From contig OX597830.1 of the NCBI GenBank assembly GCA_951406725.2, forward strand, positions 18,290,001-18,354,000: DNA of 64,000 nucleotides, in the 5' to 3' direction. Numbering within the stretch: position 1 is the stretch's first letter; each line of letters begins with the position of its first letter. This DNA comes from Octopus vulgaris (Eukaryota). Shown in pieces: positions 25,069-38,599 of the stretch. A program made the translations under genes and the position numbers. The notes below the pieces were generated by a model. It was not told the origin of the DNA, did not search any database, and was given only the letters and a program-made list of their open reading frames with translations.

Positions 25069-25148
25069 TATATACATATATATACATATATACAAACATA
25101 TATACATATATACAAACATATATACATATATACAAACATATATACATA

Positions 25149-25204
<56 letters not shown>

Positions 25205-25571
25205 ATATCCTTTGCTTGGGGACCCTGCCTGGCACAATTTTAGTCAAAAGAATCAACCCAATTCTAATTTTTTAAAGTCTGATACTTACTCTGTTAAGTC
25301 TCTTTTGCTGAACCACCAAATTATGAGGATGTAAACGTACCAACAGTGGTTGTCAAGAAGTAGTGGACCACAAAGACAGATATAAAGGCACACAAGTGCA
25401 CACGTGTGCACTTATATGATGGACTTCCATCTACCAAATCCACTCAAAAGGCTTCTTCTGATTGCCCCAAAGTTATAATAGAAGACATTTGGCCAAGGTG
25501 CCATGCAGTAAAACTGAACCAGGAACCATGTGGTGAAGAAGCAAACTTATTACCACACCAGCATGGTTTTA

Positions 25572-25607
<36 letters not shown>

Positions 25608-25716
25608 TGTATGTATGTATGTATGTATGTGTGTGTGTGTGTATTAATATATATATGTATGTATTAATATATATATATATGTATATGTATTAATATATAT
25701 ATATGTATATGTATTA

Positions 25717-25748
<32 letters not shown>

Positions 25749-25811
25749 TAATCTATATATATATATATGTATATATATTAATCTATATATATATATGTAT
25801 ATATATTAATC

Positions 25812-25909
<98 letters not shown>

Positions 25910-26557
25910 CATATATTCTTTTACTTGTTTCAGTCATTTGACTGCGGCCATGCTGGAGCACCGCCTTTTTTTTTTTTAATCGAGCAACTCGACCCTGGGA
26001 CTTATTCTTTTGTAAGCCCAGTACTTATTCTATCGGTTTCTTTTGCCGAACCGCTAAGTAACAGGGACATAAACACACTAGCATCGGTTGTCAAGCAATG
26101 TTTGGTGGACAAACACAGACACACAAACACACCCACGCACATATATATATATATACATATATACGACGGGCTTCTTTCAGTTTCCATCTACCAAATCCAC
26201 TCACAAGGCTTTGGTTGGCCCGAAGCTATAGTAGAAGACACTTGCCCAAGGTGCCACGCAGTGGGACTGAACCCGGAACCCATGTGGTTGGTAAACAAGC
26301 TACTTACCACACAGCCACTCCTACGCCTATATATTAATACATATATGCATATATATATATATATTAATACATATATGCATATATATATTAATACATATAT
26401 GCATATATATATTAATACATATATGCATATATATATTAATACATATATGCATATATATATATATATTAATATATATATGCATCTATATATTAATATATAT
26501 ATGCATATATATTGATATATATATACTAATACACATATATATAATACATATATATAT

Positions 26558-26592
<35 letters not shown>

Positions 26593-26615
26593 TATATTCA
26601 TATATTTATATAGAT

Positions 26616-26668
<53 letters not shown>

Positions 26669-26710
26669 TACATATATATATATACATATCACACACACAC
26701 ACACACATAT
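24770..26710. repeat. Cluster of CA/TA microsatellites with two minus-strand SINE-A copies (25200-25565 degenerate, 25915-26328 intact)
   Basis: Directly visible; includes TATATATTAATACATATATGCA-type subrepeats. Confidence 0.9.
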
Positions 26711-27272
26711 AAGATAGTATCAAAACGTTCCTGGATTAGTTCTACAGTGTCCAACAGATGGCAGCACACAATTTTGTATAGCAAATGACCTTCATGAGGC
26801 AGTGTACTGAGTGACATCACAGTGTTTGCTTCACAATTTGTGAAATTTGTGCATCCCTGATCACGTGTAGGCTGTTGTCTGCGTTTTTGTCGTGGACAGG
26901 AACGAAAAGCCAATGTGAAATATTGCGTAAAACTTGGGAAGTCTGCTACAGAATCATTGAGCATCCATCAGCAAGTTTACAGTGATAAGGCAATGGGTCA
27001 TAGGCAATGTCTTGAGTGGCACAGGCACTTCAAAAGTGAGAGAACGTCTCTGGAAGACCTGACATGAACATCACCCCTGAAAATGTGGTATTACTCTTTT
27101 ACTTGTTTCAGTCATTTGACTGTGGCCACGCTGGAACACTGCCTTTAGTCGAATAAATCGACCCCAGGACTTATTCTTTGTAAGCCTAGTATTTATACTA
27201 TCGGTTTCTTTTGCTGAACCGCTAGGTTACGGGGACGTAAACACACCAGCATCAGTTGTCAAGCAATGTTGG

Positions 27273-27306
<34 letters not shown>

Positions 27307-28325
27307 GATGATATATATATATATGTGTGTGTATATATATATACACACACATATACATATATACGACTGGCGTCTTTCAGTTTCCATCTACCAAATCCAC
27401 TCACAAGGGTTTGGTCGGCCCGAGGCTTTAGCAGAAAACACTTACCCAAGGTGCCATGCAGTGGGACTGAACTCGGAACCATGTGGTTGGTAAGCAAGCT
27501 ACTTACCACACAGCCACTCCTGCGCCTATGAAATAGTTATATATGTGTATATATGTATATTTATAACTCCTGTGCATAGAGAATTTATCCCCTGGGGTCA
27601 GACTGTCAATGGAGAGTTCTACTGCGACATTTGAGGTATTTAAGGGAGGACAATTGGTGAGAGCAACTTGATGTGTGGAGCATGAGTTGATGCCAGTGCC
27701 ACCTGATTGGCTCCCGTGCTGGTGACACATATAAAGCACCATTTGAGAGTGGTCGATGCCAGTGCTGCTTGACTGTCCCCTATGCTGGTGGCACGTAAAA
27801 AGTACCCATTATACTCTCGGAGTGGTTGGCATTAGGAAGGGAATCCAGCTGTAGAAACCTTTCCAGATCAGATTGGAGCCTGGTACAGCCTCCTAGCTTG
27901 CCTGTCCTCAGTCAAACCGTCCAACCCATGCCAGCATGGAAAGCAGATGTTAAACGGTGATGATGCTGATGCCCCCTGCCATCGAGCCCTCCTTACTTGT
28001 GAGTTCCTTGCCAAAAATAACGTGGTATCACTTCTGTACTCCACCCAATTCACCATATTGAGCACTTGTGGACTTCCATCTCTTCTCCATGAAAATGCCG
28101 CTCAAAAGTCATGGTCTTAACACCGTCATTCAGATCCAGGGTGAACTGGAGGTCCTCAACTCACTGAATACAACTTCCAGGTTGGATTCCAAAAGTGGCA
28201 GGAACGCTGGAATTGGTGGATTGCTGCGCATGGTGACTATTTCGAAGGACATGATGTTAAAACTTAGGTAAATAAGTTATTTTATATTAAACATAACTAG
28301 TGCTGGACTTTTTGATGTTACCTAT
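26710..28325 (+). mobile_element. Mariner transposon fossil with both TIRs, interrupted by two retroposons
   Basis: ERKANVKYCVKLGKSATESL..EWHRHFKSERTSLED (helix-turn-helix), VHREFIPWGQTVNGEFYCD, APCHRALLTCEFLAKNN, DFHLF, FQKWQERW..GDYFEG; degenerate TIRs at both ends. Confidence 0.88.
27091..27528 (-). mobile_element. SINE family A inserted in the mariner
   Basis: Full head-to-tail match. Confidence 0.92.
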
Positions 28326-28556
28326 ATCAAAAATATCCGTATATTTATAACTAGAAATATTACATTTCTAAATCTCTCAGAGAGAGTTATGCAGTATATA
28401 TATACATATATATGGCCATATATATATATATGTATATATCATCATATATATATATATATATATTTATATCAAACCATATATATATTCATATATCATGATG
28501 ATAATGATATATATGTATATATGGTTTTATATCGTAAACTTTCCCTTTATATATAT

Positions 28557-28740
28557 TATGGCTGCCCCCTTGTTATAGAGTATGGCCATTGCACAAAGCT
28601 TTGCTGTTACTGGTGCTGTGATCGAATGTGACTTTTTAGCCCCGCTAAAGATCTACAATGTCTTGTACAAAATTGGCAACTAAAACCATTACTGGTAATA
28701 GCCGGCTGTAGTTGTAACTGGGCTTCATGTACCTTTCTCT
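28557..28740 (-). mobile_element. RTE LINE 3' end fragment
   Basis: FSCQFCTRHCRSLAGLKSHIRSQH C2H2-like C-terminus typical of RTE ORF ends. Confidence 0.65.
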
Positions 28741-29089
28741 TAAGAAATAGTGTTGGTTTGTTTACATCCCTGAGAATTAGCCAATTCATCAAAAGAGATC
28801 AATTGTGTAAAAAATATTAGTGTTGGTTTGTGCTGCTAAACCAATCAAAGTGCTGCTCCTGCATGGCCACAGTTGGGTGAGTGCAGGAAGTAAAAGAAGA
28901 TATAGAGTGCAAGTTACGTCTACCCCAAGATGAAAGGGAACACAATACCTGCTTAGAGTTTGAAAAACTCTGGGAGCAAGGAACATGTCACTTGCTACGA
29001 GGAATTGTAACATAAATTCACTAAGTAAAAGTGTGTGTGTGTGTATCTAATTTATATATTATTTAGGTTAGCTAAAATATGTTTGTGAC

Positions 29090-29562
29090 ATATTATATAT
29101 ACATATATATGTATATGTAGATGTACATCTATACATACATATATATGTATGTATATATATATATATGTATATATGTATGTATATATATATGTATGTATGT
29201 ATATATGTATGTATATATGTAAAGGTATGTAGAAAAATACAACATGGACAAGAACGTATAACTCTTAGAAGACGATACAATAAACACGGACAGGACATTC
29301 GAAACCCTCAGTCTTCAGTCAAGAACCGGATCATCGTAGTAATTTCGGCTGATGTATGTATATATGTATGTATTTATGTATATATATATGTATGTATATA
29401 TGTATGTATTTATGTATATATATATATGTATATATGTATGTATATATGTATGTATATATGTATGCATATATGTATATATGTGTATGTATATATGTGTATG
29501 TATATATGTATGCATATATGTATATATGTGTATGTATATATGTGTATGTATATATGTGTGTG

Positions 29563-29598
<36 letters not shown>

Positions 29599-29600
29599 TG

Positions 29601-29635
<35 letters not shown>

Positions 29636-29883
29636 GTGTATGTATATATATATATATGTATGTATATATATATATGTGTGTGTATATATATGTGTATATA
29701 TATGTGTATATATATGTGTGTGTATATATATGTGTATATATATGTGTATATATATGTGTGTGTGTATATATATGTATATATATATATATATATATGTATG
29801 TATATATATATGTATGTATATATATATAGATATGTATGTATATATATATATATAGATATGTATGTATATATATATATATATAG

Positions 29884-29916
<33 letters not shown>

Positions 29917-29950
29917 TATAGATATGTATGCATATATATATATATGTATG

Positions 29951-30022
<72 letters not shown>

Positions 30023-30076
30023 TGTATGTATATATATATGTATGTATATATATATGTATGTATATATATATGTATG

Positions 30077-30109
<33 letters not shown>

Positions 30110-30555
30110 GTATATATATATATGTATGTATATATATATATGTATGTATGTATATATATATATATGTATGTATATATATATATATGTATGTATATATATA
30201 TATATGTATGATATATATATATATGTATGTATATATATATATATGTATGTATATATATATGTATGTATATATATATAGATATGTATGTATATATATATAG
30301 ATATGTATGTATATAGATATAGATATGTATGTATATAGATATAGATATGTATGTATATAGATATAGATATGTATGTATATATGTATATATATATGTGTAT
30401 AGATATATATATGTATGTATATATATATATATGTATGTATATATATATATATGTATGCATATGTATATATATATGTATGCATATATATATATATATGTAT
30501 ACATATGTATATATACATAAGAATGTATGTATATATATATGTATGTATGTATATA
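29090..30555. repeat. About 1.4-kb (TA)/(TATG)/(TAGA) compound microsatellite with a Penelope-like insert at 29219-29352
   Basis: Directly visible; insert has a sibling at 31645-31760 (GGACATTC..CAGTCTTCAGTCAAGAACCGGATCATC). Confidence 0.95.
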
Positions 30556-31160
30556 GTTGGAATTTACAAAAAACAAAAGATGAAGACAGGTGTATAAACA
30601 GCAAACAGGTGTATTAGTTTAACACTTGGGAAGGTGAGAAGGTCTTTTACGTTTTGCGCCTACGCTCTTCAACAGAGAGGAACATGAGGAAATAAACAGA
30701 GAGAGAGAATAAGAAAAGCTCTAGTGGCTAGTGGTCAATCATGGCGATTGCTGGATGGAGGTGGTCACACAGAAGAGCTTGGAAGAAGGGGAGATAATAA
30801 TGTAGTGGCGATCTCAAAACGAAGGTGTGCTGCCCGTGTATATGAGAGCGTTTAAGTGTGTGCATGTGGATTGGGGCTGGTGACCTTGACATGTGGGTGT
30901 GTGAATGTGTAAATGTGTGGATGATGGTGTGGGTGCTGGAAAGTGGACAGTGCTGGTGTGTGCAGGGGGTGCGATGTAGTGTGGTGGTGTGGTTTGTTCT
31001 GTTGTGGTGTGATGGTATGGTATGTTGTGTTCTGGTGTGTGCTTGGGGTGGCATGATGTGTGGTGTTGGGGTTTGGGGGTTGCAAGGGTTGGATGTAGGT
31101 TTGGGGTGAGGTTGTGGGGTATGTGGGAGTGAGATAGGTGGGGGGGGGGGTGGGGGGTGG
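30556..31160 (-). mobile_element. Penelope-like fragment with decayed hammerhead and GT-rich segment
   Basis: Minus CTGTTGAAGAGCGTAGGCGCAAAACGTAAAAG aligns to the 11312 motif; flanked by (TA)n. Confidence 0.6.
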
Positions 31161-31340
31161 AGATATATATATATATACATACATACATATATATGTATTT
31201 ATACATACATGTATATATTTACATATATATTCATATATATATACAAATATATGTATATATACAGACATATATGTGTATGTATATATACATACATGCACAC
31301 ATGTGTATATAGTGCAGGTGTGGCTGTGGTAAGAAGCCCA

Positions 31341-31397
<57 letters not shown>

Positions 31398-31591
31398 CAT
31401 GTCTTTGTGTCTGTGTTTGTGTTTGCCCCACCACCATCACTGCTTGACAACTGGTGTTGGTATGTTTACATCCCTGTAACTTAGTGGTTTGGCAAAAGAG
31501 AATGCTAGAAGTACCAAGATTTAAAAAAAAAAAGTATTGGGGTTAACTCATTCAACCATGCCTCAGCATGGCCAGTCTGCACAGCCTGATG

Positions 31592-31645
<54 letters not shown>

Positions 31646-31780
31646 GATATGTAAAAAAAATACAAACTGTGACAAGAACGCATAACACTTAGAAGACGAT
31701 ACAACAAACACAGACAGGACATTCAAAGCCCTCAGTCTTCAGTCAAGAACCGGATCATCATAAATATATATATATATATA

Positions 31781-32224
31781 CTACTACTATGGCACTCCCT
31801 CAAGGTCGAGGATGATTGTCTTCGCACAAATTTGTTGGTGAGTCCGCAGGTGACTGATAAGACCAATTCTTACTCGAAAAGATCAGTCACAGTGCGGACA
31901 TCTAGTGCCGGAAGGGAGAGTCGCACGTGGTTGTTGTTGGCGCTCCTTCCGTCGTCATCTTTTCTCCTCCAGCTCTGCAGACCTTTTCAACTCGAAAGTC
32001 ACCGTTCCCTCATAGATGGAGGTTTTCCAGAGTGGTCTGTTTTTTGCCGTTTCCTCCCAGTTGGTGAAGTCAATGTCACACTTTTTGAGGTTCGATTTCA
32101 GGGAGTCCTTGTAGCATTTCTTCTGGCCTCCTTTTGTACGCTTGCCGTTTTTGAGTTGGGTGTAGAAGATCCAACAAAGATGGAGCGGCCACGTGGTTAG
32201 AATCACTGACGAACGACTTCCCAA
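31781..32224 (-). mobile_element. RTE LINE 3' end
   Basis: IFYTQLKNGKRTKGGQKKCYKDSLKSNLKKCDID..WEETAKNRPLWK; CPHCD-SFRVRIGLISHLRTH; (TAG)n tail. Confidence 0.9.
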
Positions 32225-32230
32225 ACATAT

Positions 32231-32276
<46 letters not shown>

Positions 32277-33190
32277 ATATAAAGGAGCACTCATTTTTGT
32301 CAGCTGAGTGAACTGGAGCAACGTGAAATAAAGCGTCTTGCTCAAAGACACAACGCGCCTCAGGGAATTGAACTCACGACCTTACTATCATGAGCCAAAT
32401 GCCTCTAACCACTAAACCATGTGCTTCGCATATATATATATACATTAATATATATATATGTATATACAGCTGTATGGTAAACATGTTCACATCTCAGCCA
32501 TATGCTTTTGAGGTTCTCATAAAGTTCAATCTGCTATATAACCCTGGGTTGACTAATGACTTACAAAGGAAACTCTAAATATACAATCAAAAACTGAGCA
32601 GAAGGTCGTGTATGTGTGTGTGTGTATGGACACAGGCTTGGAAGAATGGTTCAATTAATGGGTAAGTCTTGAAGTCAAAAGTTCCATCTTACTGTGTGAC
32701 ATTTAGTGCTTATATCTTTGACCATAGGTTCTGGTTGACTCAAGCATTGCAAGGGAAAATAGGTGAACTGAAACTGGGAGTCCTAAAGATGCATCTGTAA
32801 TTTAAAAATGCCAGATTTGTCATACACTGTCATACTGAGTCACCCCTAAAACTTCATTAAGGATACATATAGCTGTGGTATACTGAACCGATTTCTTCTT
32901 AATAAACAAGTAGGCTATTTTGTTGATCAAATAAACAGACTTCACAGGGTTGAAAATATAGGGATTCATTCATGTGTTTGTGTGTGGTGTGTGTGCTTTG
33001 TATAGGTGTGGTTATGTGACTGACAAGCTAACTTCCCAACCACATCGTTTCAGGTTCAGTCTCACTGTGAGGCACCTTGGGCAACTGTCTTCTGCTATAG
33101 TCTGGAGCTGAGCTGACCAAAGCTTTGAGAGTGAATCTGGTAATGAAAAACTGAATGAAGCCTGCTATGTTTATATATAAATATAAATAA

Positions 33191-33243
<53 letters not shown>

Positions 33244-33245
33244 AA

Positions 33246-33492
33246 GAGGCACGTGGTTTAGTGGTTAGGGTGTCATCATCATGATCGTAAGATTGTGGTT
33301 TCGATTCCTGGACCAGGCGACGCATTGTGTTCTTGAGGAAAACACTTCATTTCATGTTGCTCCAGTTCACTCAGCTGGCAAAAATGAGTAACGCTGCAAT
33401 GGACTGGCATCCCATCCAGCTGCGGAACCCATACGCCATTGAAATTGGGAAACCGGGTCCATGAGCCTGGCTAGGCTTTAAAAGGGTGCATA
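33246..33492 (+). mobile_element. tRNA-derived SINE family D
   Basis: GTGGTTTAGTGGTTAGGG (A box), GGTTTCGATTCC (B box), TGCTCCAGTTCACTCAGCTG core; head relatives at 32283-32428 (-), 42578-42820 and 43280-43530. Confidence 0.85.
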
Positions 33493-33529
<37 letters not shown>

Positions 33530-33547
33530 AGAGAGAGCGAGAGAGAG

Positions 33548-33658
33548 AGAGGCAATTAGGTGGATAAACAAATTAGATATATTAAATTTAATAGTTTGAG
33601 TATGAAATAGAAAATATTATTTAATATATCTTATTTGTTTATCCACATAATTGCCTCT
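33548..33658. repeat. Inverted repeat, 40-bp arms with 2 mismatches, 31-nt loop
   Basis: AGAGGCAATTAGGTGGATAAACAAATTAGATATATTAAAT versus its reverse complement at 33619-33658. Confidence 0.93.
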
Positions 33659-34018
33659 ATATCTGCTCAACTTGATCCCTCTTATAGCCATTCTTTACTC
33701 TTGTAAAGACAAAGGAATCAAAGTTTGAATATTTTCAGCACCACTAGGTGTCTTCTATACTGCGAATATCTGGATCTCATCAGTGGATTATATATATATA
33801 TATATACACATATATTTATTTAGATATGGCAGGGAGAGAGTTAGTTAATAGTAAATATTAGACAAATTAGAAATATAAGTTACGCATTTAAGTCTCAGAC
33901 TTCAATTGCATTTCATTAGTGTGAAGAACTAATATAATGATAACAAAGAAAAATAGTCAAGGTAATAAATTCAAAACATTGTTTTTAATAATCTACTAAT
34001 TAGTACAAAAAGACATTA

Positions 34019-34808
34019 TCTCTCTATATATAAACGGCAGTTTGTCTGTCTGTGTGTCTGTCAGGTTGTACCCTCACCCTGACCACGGCTTTCAACCGAT
34101 TCTGCTGAAACTTGACACACACATAGCCCAATGTCATAATTCAAAACTAACGCAGCGAAAATTTTGAAAAGTTCCCCCAGTTCTGAAAAAAAATCGATAA
34201 ATTCGACATGGGTCGAGAATCTAAGCTTTTTATATGCAACGCATTTTCTACAGACTGTCTAGGGGACCAAACTCGACCTTTTTAACTCTCGGAACACGTG
34301 GGGTAAGTATCCCAAAATGTGTAAAAATGTACAAAAACGGCAAAAAAGCGGGCAGCAATGTGAGTGACAACGAAAAAGTCAAAAGTGACCAAACTGAACA
34401 AACGAATGGAAAAGGTTTTTTGGTACACACGACAAAAGCGGTTTATAATAAACCAAGAGTTGGCAAGTAGCGTCCGAGGACCCTTAGGGTACGTCAAAAA
34501 TTTAAGGTAAAATGTTTGGGGTGGTAGTTATAAAGAAAGTGTAAACAAAAAAAGTATTCGAATAACTTGCGGCTGCAGCAGCTATTAGCAGAAGCGTTGG
34601 GGGTAAAGTCTCGAATGTAATTTCTTCCTGGTAGGAATTGGTTAGGTTGAATTATCGATAGCTGTTTGATAGTTATTTGGGAGTGAAGAGAAGACATTGC
34701 AACCTACACATGCGCCTTCGTTCCCTACAGGGAAAGGACTAGATTGGGATTAGTCATTGCCTACTAGGGGCTCTTACATACCCGGGCAACGCCGGGCTAT
34801 GCTGCTAG
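34019..34808 (+). mobile_element. Non-autonomous Helitron with intact ends
   Basis: A|TC 5' end, subterminal hairpin CCCGG-GCAACG-CCGGG (34781-34796), CTAG|T 3' end, no TSD, CpG-rich interior. Confidence 0.9.
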
Positions 34809-35262
34809 TATGATAATAATATGCATTATTTTTTTTTTATTATATCATGGTCTTTTTAACAGAAACAGCTGTCTGGGATAATTGAATAAACGAAAAATCT
34901 ATAATTAACATCTAAATCTGCTTCATTTCATTATATGTGATGACATTTGATGATCTCTCTTTAATGAATTCATTCTTATGAGGATCATTTCTTTATATAT
35001 ATATATATAACGGGAAGCTTTATGAAAATAGACAAAAGACGAAGGCAGGTTTACGGAAATAAACAAAAGACGAAGGCAGGTGGAATACAAACAAACAATT
35101 GTATTAGTATGGCGCTCAGGAAATATAAATAAAACAAATGGAGGTGCAATGGCCCAGTAGTTTGGGCAAAAAAAGTTTGTATTCCATATTTTCATATTTC
35201 ATGTTTATGTTCTGTGGTGTCCTAGACATATATATGTATGTATGCACATATATTTATATATC

Positions 35263-35302
<40 letters not shown>

Positions 35303-35909
35303 AGCATCAATCTATGTGTATTTTTCATGCTGCCATTGTTTAATAGATCATTTCTGTACTCCTACATGAGACAAAGGAATTCGCACTTGTAAATTACAAA
35401 TTTTGACTTGGTTTCTATGGTTGGATGCTCTACCTAACACTATGCAGTCTGTACTGGGTTCATCTTCTCATGACACCAGCATTAGGAAATTGTTTTGTCT
35501 TTGACAAAACTAAAGGTGGGCCTCTTAGTTGCACACAGCAAACAGCACAGGGTGCAGATAGATGCATGGTGAGGGTGAATGATGGATGTCAGTAGCAACA
35601 GTGGGTGAGTATGAGAGCATGCAGAGTACATATGTATCTGATGAGGTCCCTCAGCATATGCCTTAAGATGAACGAGACAGATGGTAGGGACGAGGGAAGG
35701 GATGTACAGTTGGCAAGGTGATATAGGTGTAGACATATCTTTAGTTACACTGGAGGCAATGTATGGTGGACAGAAGCAGGTGACCCACTGCCGTTCTTAA
35801 TCACATCAATAAGTTAGTTCAGTGAGATTGGGAAGGGCAAGTGAGGAGCAAATAACAGGGACGTGATTAGACGCTATCAAAAAGACCAATGATATACATT
35901 TGATCCTAC

Positions 35910-35954
<45 letters not shown>

Positions 35955-35959
<5 letters not shown>

Positions 35960-36455
35960 CGTCTGCGTTACGTTGTGAGTTCAAATTCCGCCGAGGTCGA
36001 CTTTGCCTTTCATCCTTTCGGGGTCGATAAATTAAGTACCAGTTACGCACTGGGGTCGATGTAATCGACTTAATACCTATGTCTGTCCTTGTTTGTCCCC
36101 TCTGTGTTTAGCCCCTTGTGGGTAATAAAGAAATAGGTTCTGGGTTCAGTCCCACTGCATGGCATCTTGAGCAAGTTTCTTCTACTATAGCCTTGGGCTG
36201 ACCAAAGCCTTGTGAATAGGTTTGCCTGACAGAAACTGAAAGAAGCCCGTCATATGTGTGTGTGTGTGTGTGTTTGTGTTTGTCCCCACACCATCGTTTG
36301 ACAACTGATGTTGGTGTTTACGTCCCCGTCACTTAGCAGTTTGGTAAAAAAGATTGATAGAATAAGTACTAGGCTTACAAAGAATAAGTCCTGAGGGCGA
36401 TTTGTTCGACTAAAGGCAGTGCTCCAGAATGGCCACAGTCAAATGACTGAAACAA
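35955..36455 (+). mobile_element. 5'-truncated SINE-B followed directly by a head-truncated SINE-A
   Basis: B unit 35955-36135, A body from 36135. Confidence 0.88.
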
Positions 36456-36499
36456 ACAAAACAATAAATATCAGGTGTTTTTTTTTTTCATGTATGGAA

Positions 36500-36720
36500 T
36501 TTCTTCTTCAGTTCTACTACAGATGAACTGAAAGGGGCTCAAGACAGAGCCAAGGTGCATCCTATCTTCATAGTGGATTCATCAACATACTCATTACTAA
36601 CTCTAAGAAGCCTCTAAGCTTCCTAAGTGACTACCAGATGAAAGAGCAGAGAACCCTGTCAAAGGCCTTCTCAAGTCAATAAATGCCAGGGGTTTATTCT
36701 AGGCTAGATACTTCTTTTGC
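36500..36720 (-). mobile_element. RTE-type reverse transcriptase fragment
   Basis: LAFIDL/EKAFDR (frameshifted), IW-SLRKL, MHLGSVLSP. Confidence 0.7.
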
Positions 36721-37171
36721 TGCTGTTTTATTGGCAAGTGACGTGGAGCACATGTACACTAAAGGGTCTATGAATATATCAGAACTAATATAGTAGCTGT
36801 CACTAGATTAGTCTCAATCTCTACTATCTAGCTTATGTTGTGGCATCTTATATAACAGAACTTGTTCCAACATATTACTCAAAATCCAACTAATACTTTG
36901 TGCAAAAATTGCCTTTTCAATACATCTTTTTTTAACATTATGATACTATTAAAACAATCAGATGTCCTGTCAACACTATAAAGGGTGAGTAAACTGTTTG
37001 AAACAAAACCTGTCAAGAAGAATGAACACATTGCTAATCACTTCATCAGCCCAATGCAGAGCAGCTAGTTGGTGTCTATAATAAAAATCCGATGCTACCA
37101 TCACTAACTACTATCACATGATTAGGTCTAAACCAAACTATCAAAATTAATGGACAGCATCAATAACATTG

Positions 37172-37486
37172 TGGAGGCGCAATGGCCCAGTGGTTAGGCT
37201 AGCGGGCTCACGGTCGGAGGATCGCGGTTTCAATTCCCAGACTGGGCGTTGTGTATGTTTATTGAGCGAAAACACCTAAAAGCTCCACGAGCCTCTGGCA
37301 GGGGGTGGTGGTGATCCCTGTTGTACTCTTTCGTCATAACTTTCTCCCACTCTCTCTTCCTGTTTCTTGAGTAACGCTGCGATGGACTGGCGTTCCGTCC
37401 AGCTGGGGGGAACACATACGCCACAGAAACCAGGAAACTGGGCCCATGAGCCTGGCTAGGCTTGAAAAGGGCGATGTTTATCGTTT
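37172..37486 (+). mobile_element. tRNA-derived SINE family C with 13-bp TSD
   Basis: Head GGAGGCGCAATGGCCCAGTGGTTAGG; TSD ATCAATAACATTG at 37159-37171 and 37487-37499. Confidence 0.93.
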
Positions 37487-38076
37487 ATCAATAACATTGC
37501 CAATCATGTAACCAATTGTATAACTCACCACATTACAAACCATTTAACCAATTAAAGGTATCATACACTTTTGCCTAGTCTAACCTAGCAGTTTTGACTT
37601 CAACTGACCTATCCCAGAGAACATTTTATTTGCCTCCCTCCTTTATCAATAAGAATACAAAGTAAAGTGTTTGTATCTCCTTTTTTGCCATGATTTTGGA
37701 CAATTTTGAAAAGTGGAAGTACAATATACATAATTTAACTAAAAGTAAAATAAACACTGAAATATGAACTCATAATAATTCTAGTCATGTTTATTGACAA
37801 ATGATTCCATGTTGAAATACTAGAGAAGATCAGTTGCATATCGCTTCCACTGTTTATGTACTTGCTAAAAGAGAAAATCCTTTTTCACATACGTTGAGCT
37901 AAATGGAAGCAGGATTTTTATTGCATTCTTTGAGAAGTTGGAGTAATGTTGAGCACATATAAATTCACTACAAGAATTTTGAAAATTAGAGTCCTAAATA
38001 ATATTTTCAAAGCGATTGGGAAGAATCAAAGTGTTTTGATGTAGCAGACATAATCAAAAGACTGTTTTAATCCTCT

Positions 38077-38450
38077 TATACTCTTTTAATTTTTTCAGTC
38101 ATTTGACTGCAGCCATGCTGGAGCACCGCCTTTAGTTGAACAAATCGACCCCAGGACTTATTCTTTGTAAGCCTAGTACTTATTCTATCGGTCTCTTTTT
38201 GTCGAACTGCTAAGTTACAGGGACATAAACACACCAGCATCAGTTGGAGGTCAAATACAGACACACAAACATATACACACATATACATACACATATATAT
38301 ATACATATATACGAGGGGCTTCTTTCAGTTTCTGTCTACCAAATCCACTCACAAGTCTTTGGTCGGCCTGGGGCTATAGTAGAAGACACTTGCCCAAGGT
38401 GCCATGTAGTTGGTAAGCAAGCTACTTACCACACAGCCACTCCTGTGCCT
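38077..38450 (-). mobile_element. SINE family A with two internal deletions
   Basis: Matches consensus; one deletion lies between two CCATG microhomologies near 38402. Confidence 0.9.
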
Positions 38451-38599
38451 GAGGCTATATTGAAGTAAGATATCGGCAAGATTATCAAACTCAAAATATC
38501 TTCCAAAATCCATGCAAGAGGAGATACATGCATCACAGTTTTATGAAAATATAGTGCCACATCAACTTTTAAATACAATAAAAATGCATAAGTTATTTA

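Noticed and set aside
29165-30604. ORFs of 348-429 aa (YIYI/VCMY/HTYI), plus similar ORFs near 1016, 23521, 24851, 25823 and 44957
   Set aside because: Translations of TA/TG/CA microsatellites that lack stop codons; open in several frames on both strands
30728-31206. Pro/His/Thr-rich ORFs
   Set aside because: Low-complexity CAC-rich strand of a repeat element
36840-37100. Microexon with GTGAGT donor, or a GIY-YIG remnant (LCKNC, KQNLSRRMN, IANHF)
   Set aside because: Too degenerate to call; a Penelope remnant is more likely than a host exon
37172-37245. tRNA gene candidates at SINE heads (also 33246, 15790, 42375)
   Set aside because: A and B boxes are present but there is no complete acceptor stem or terminator; they run into SINE bodies, some with TSDs
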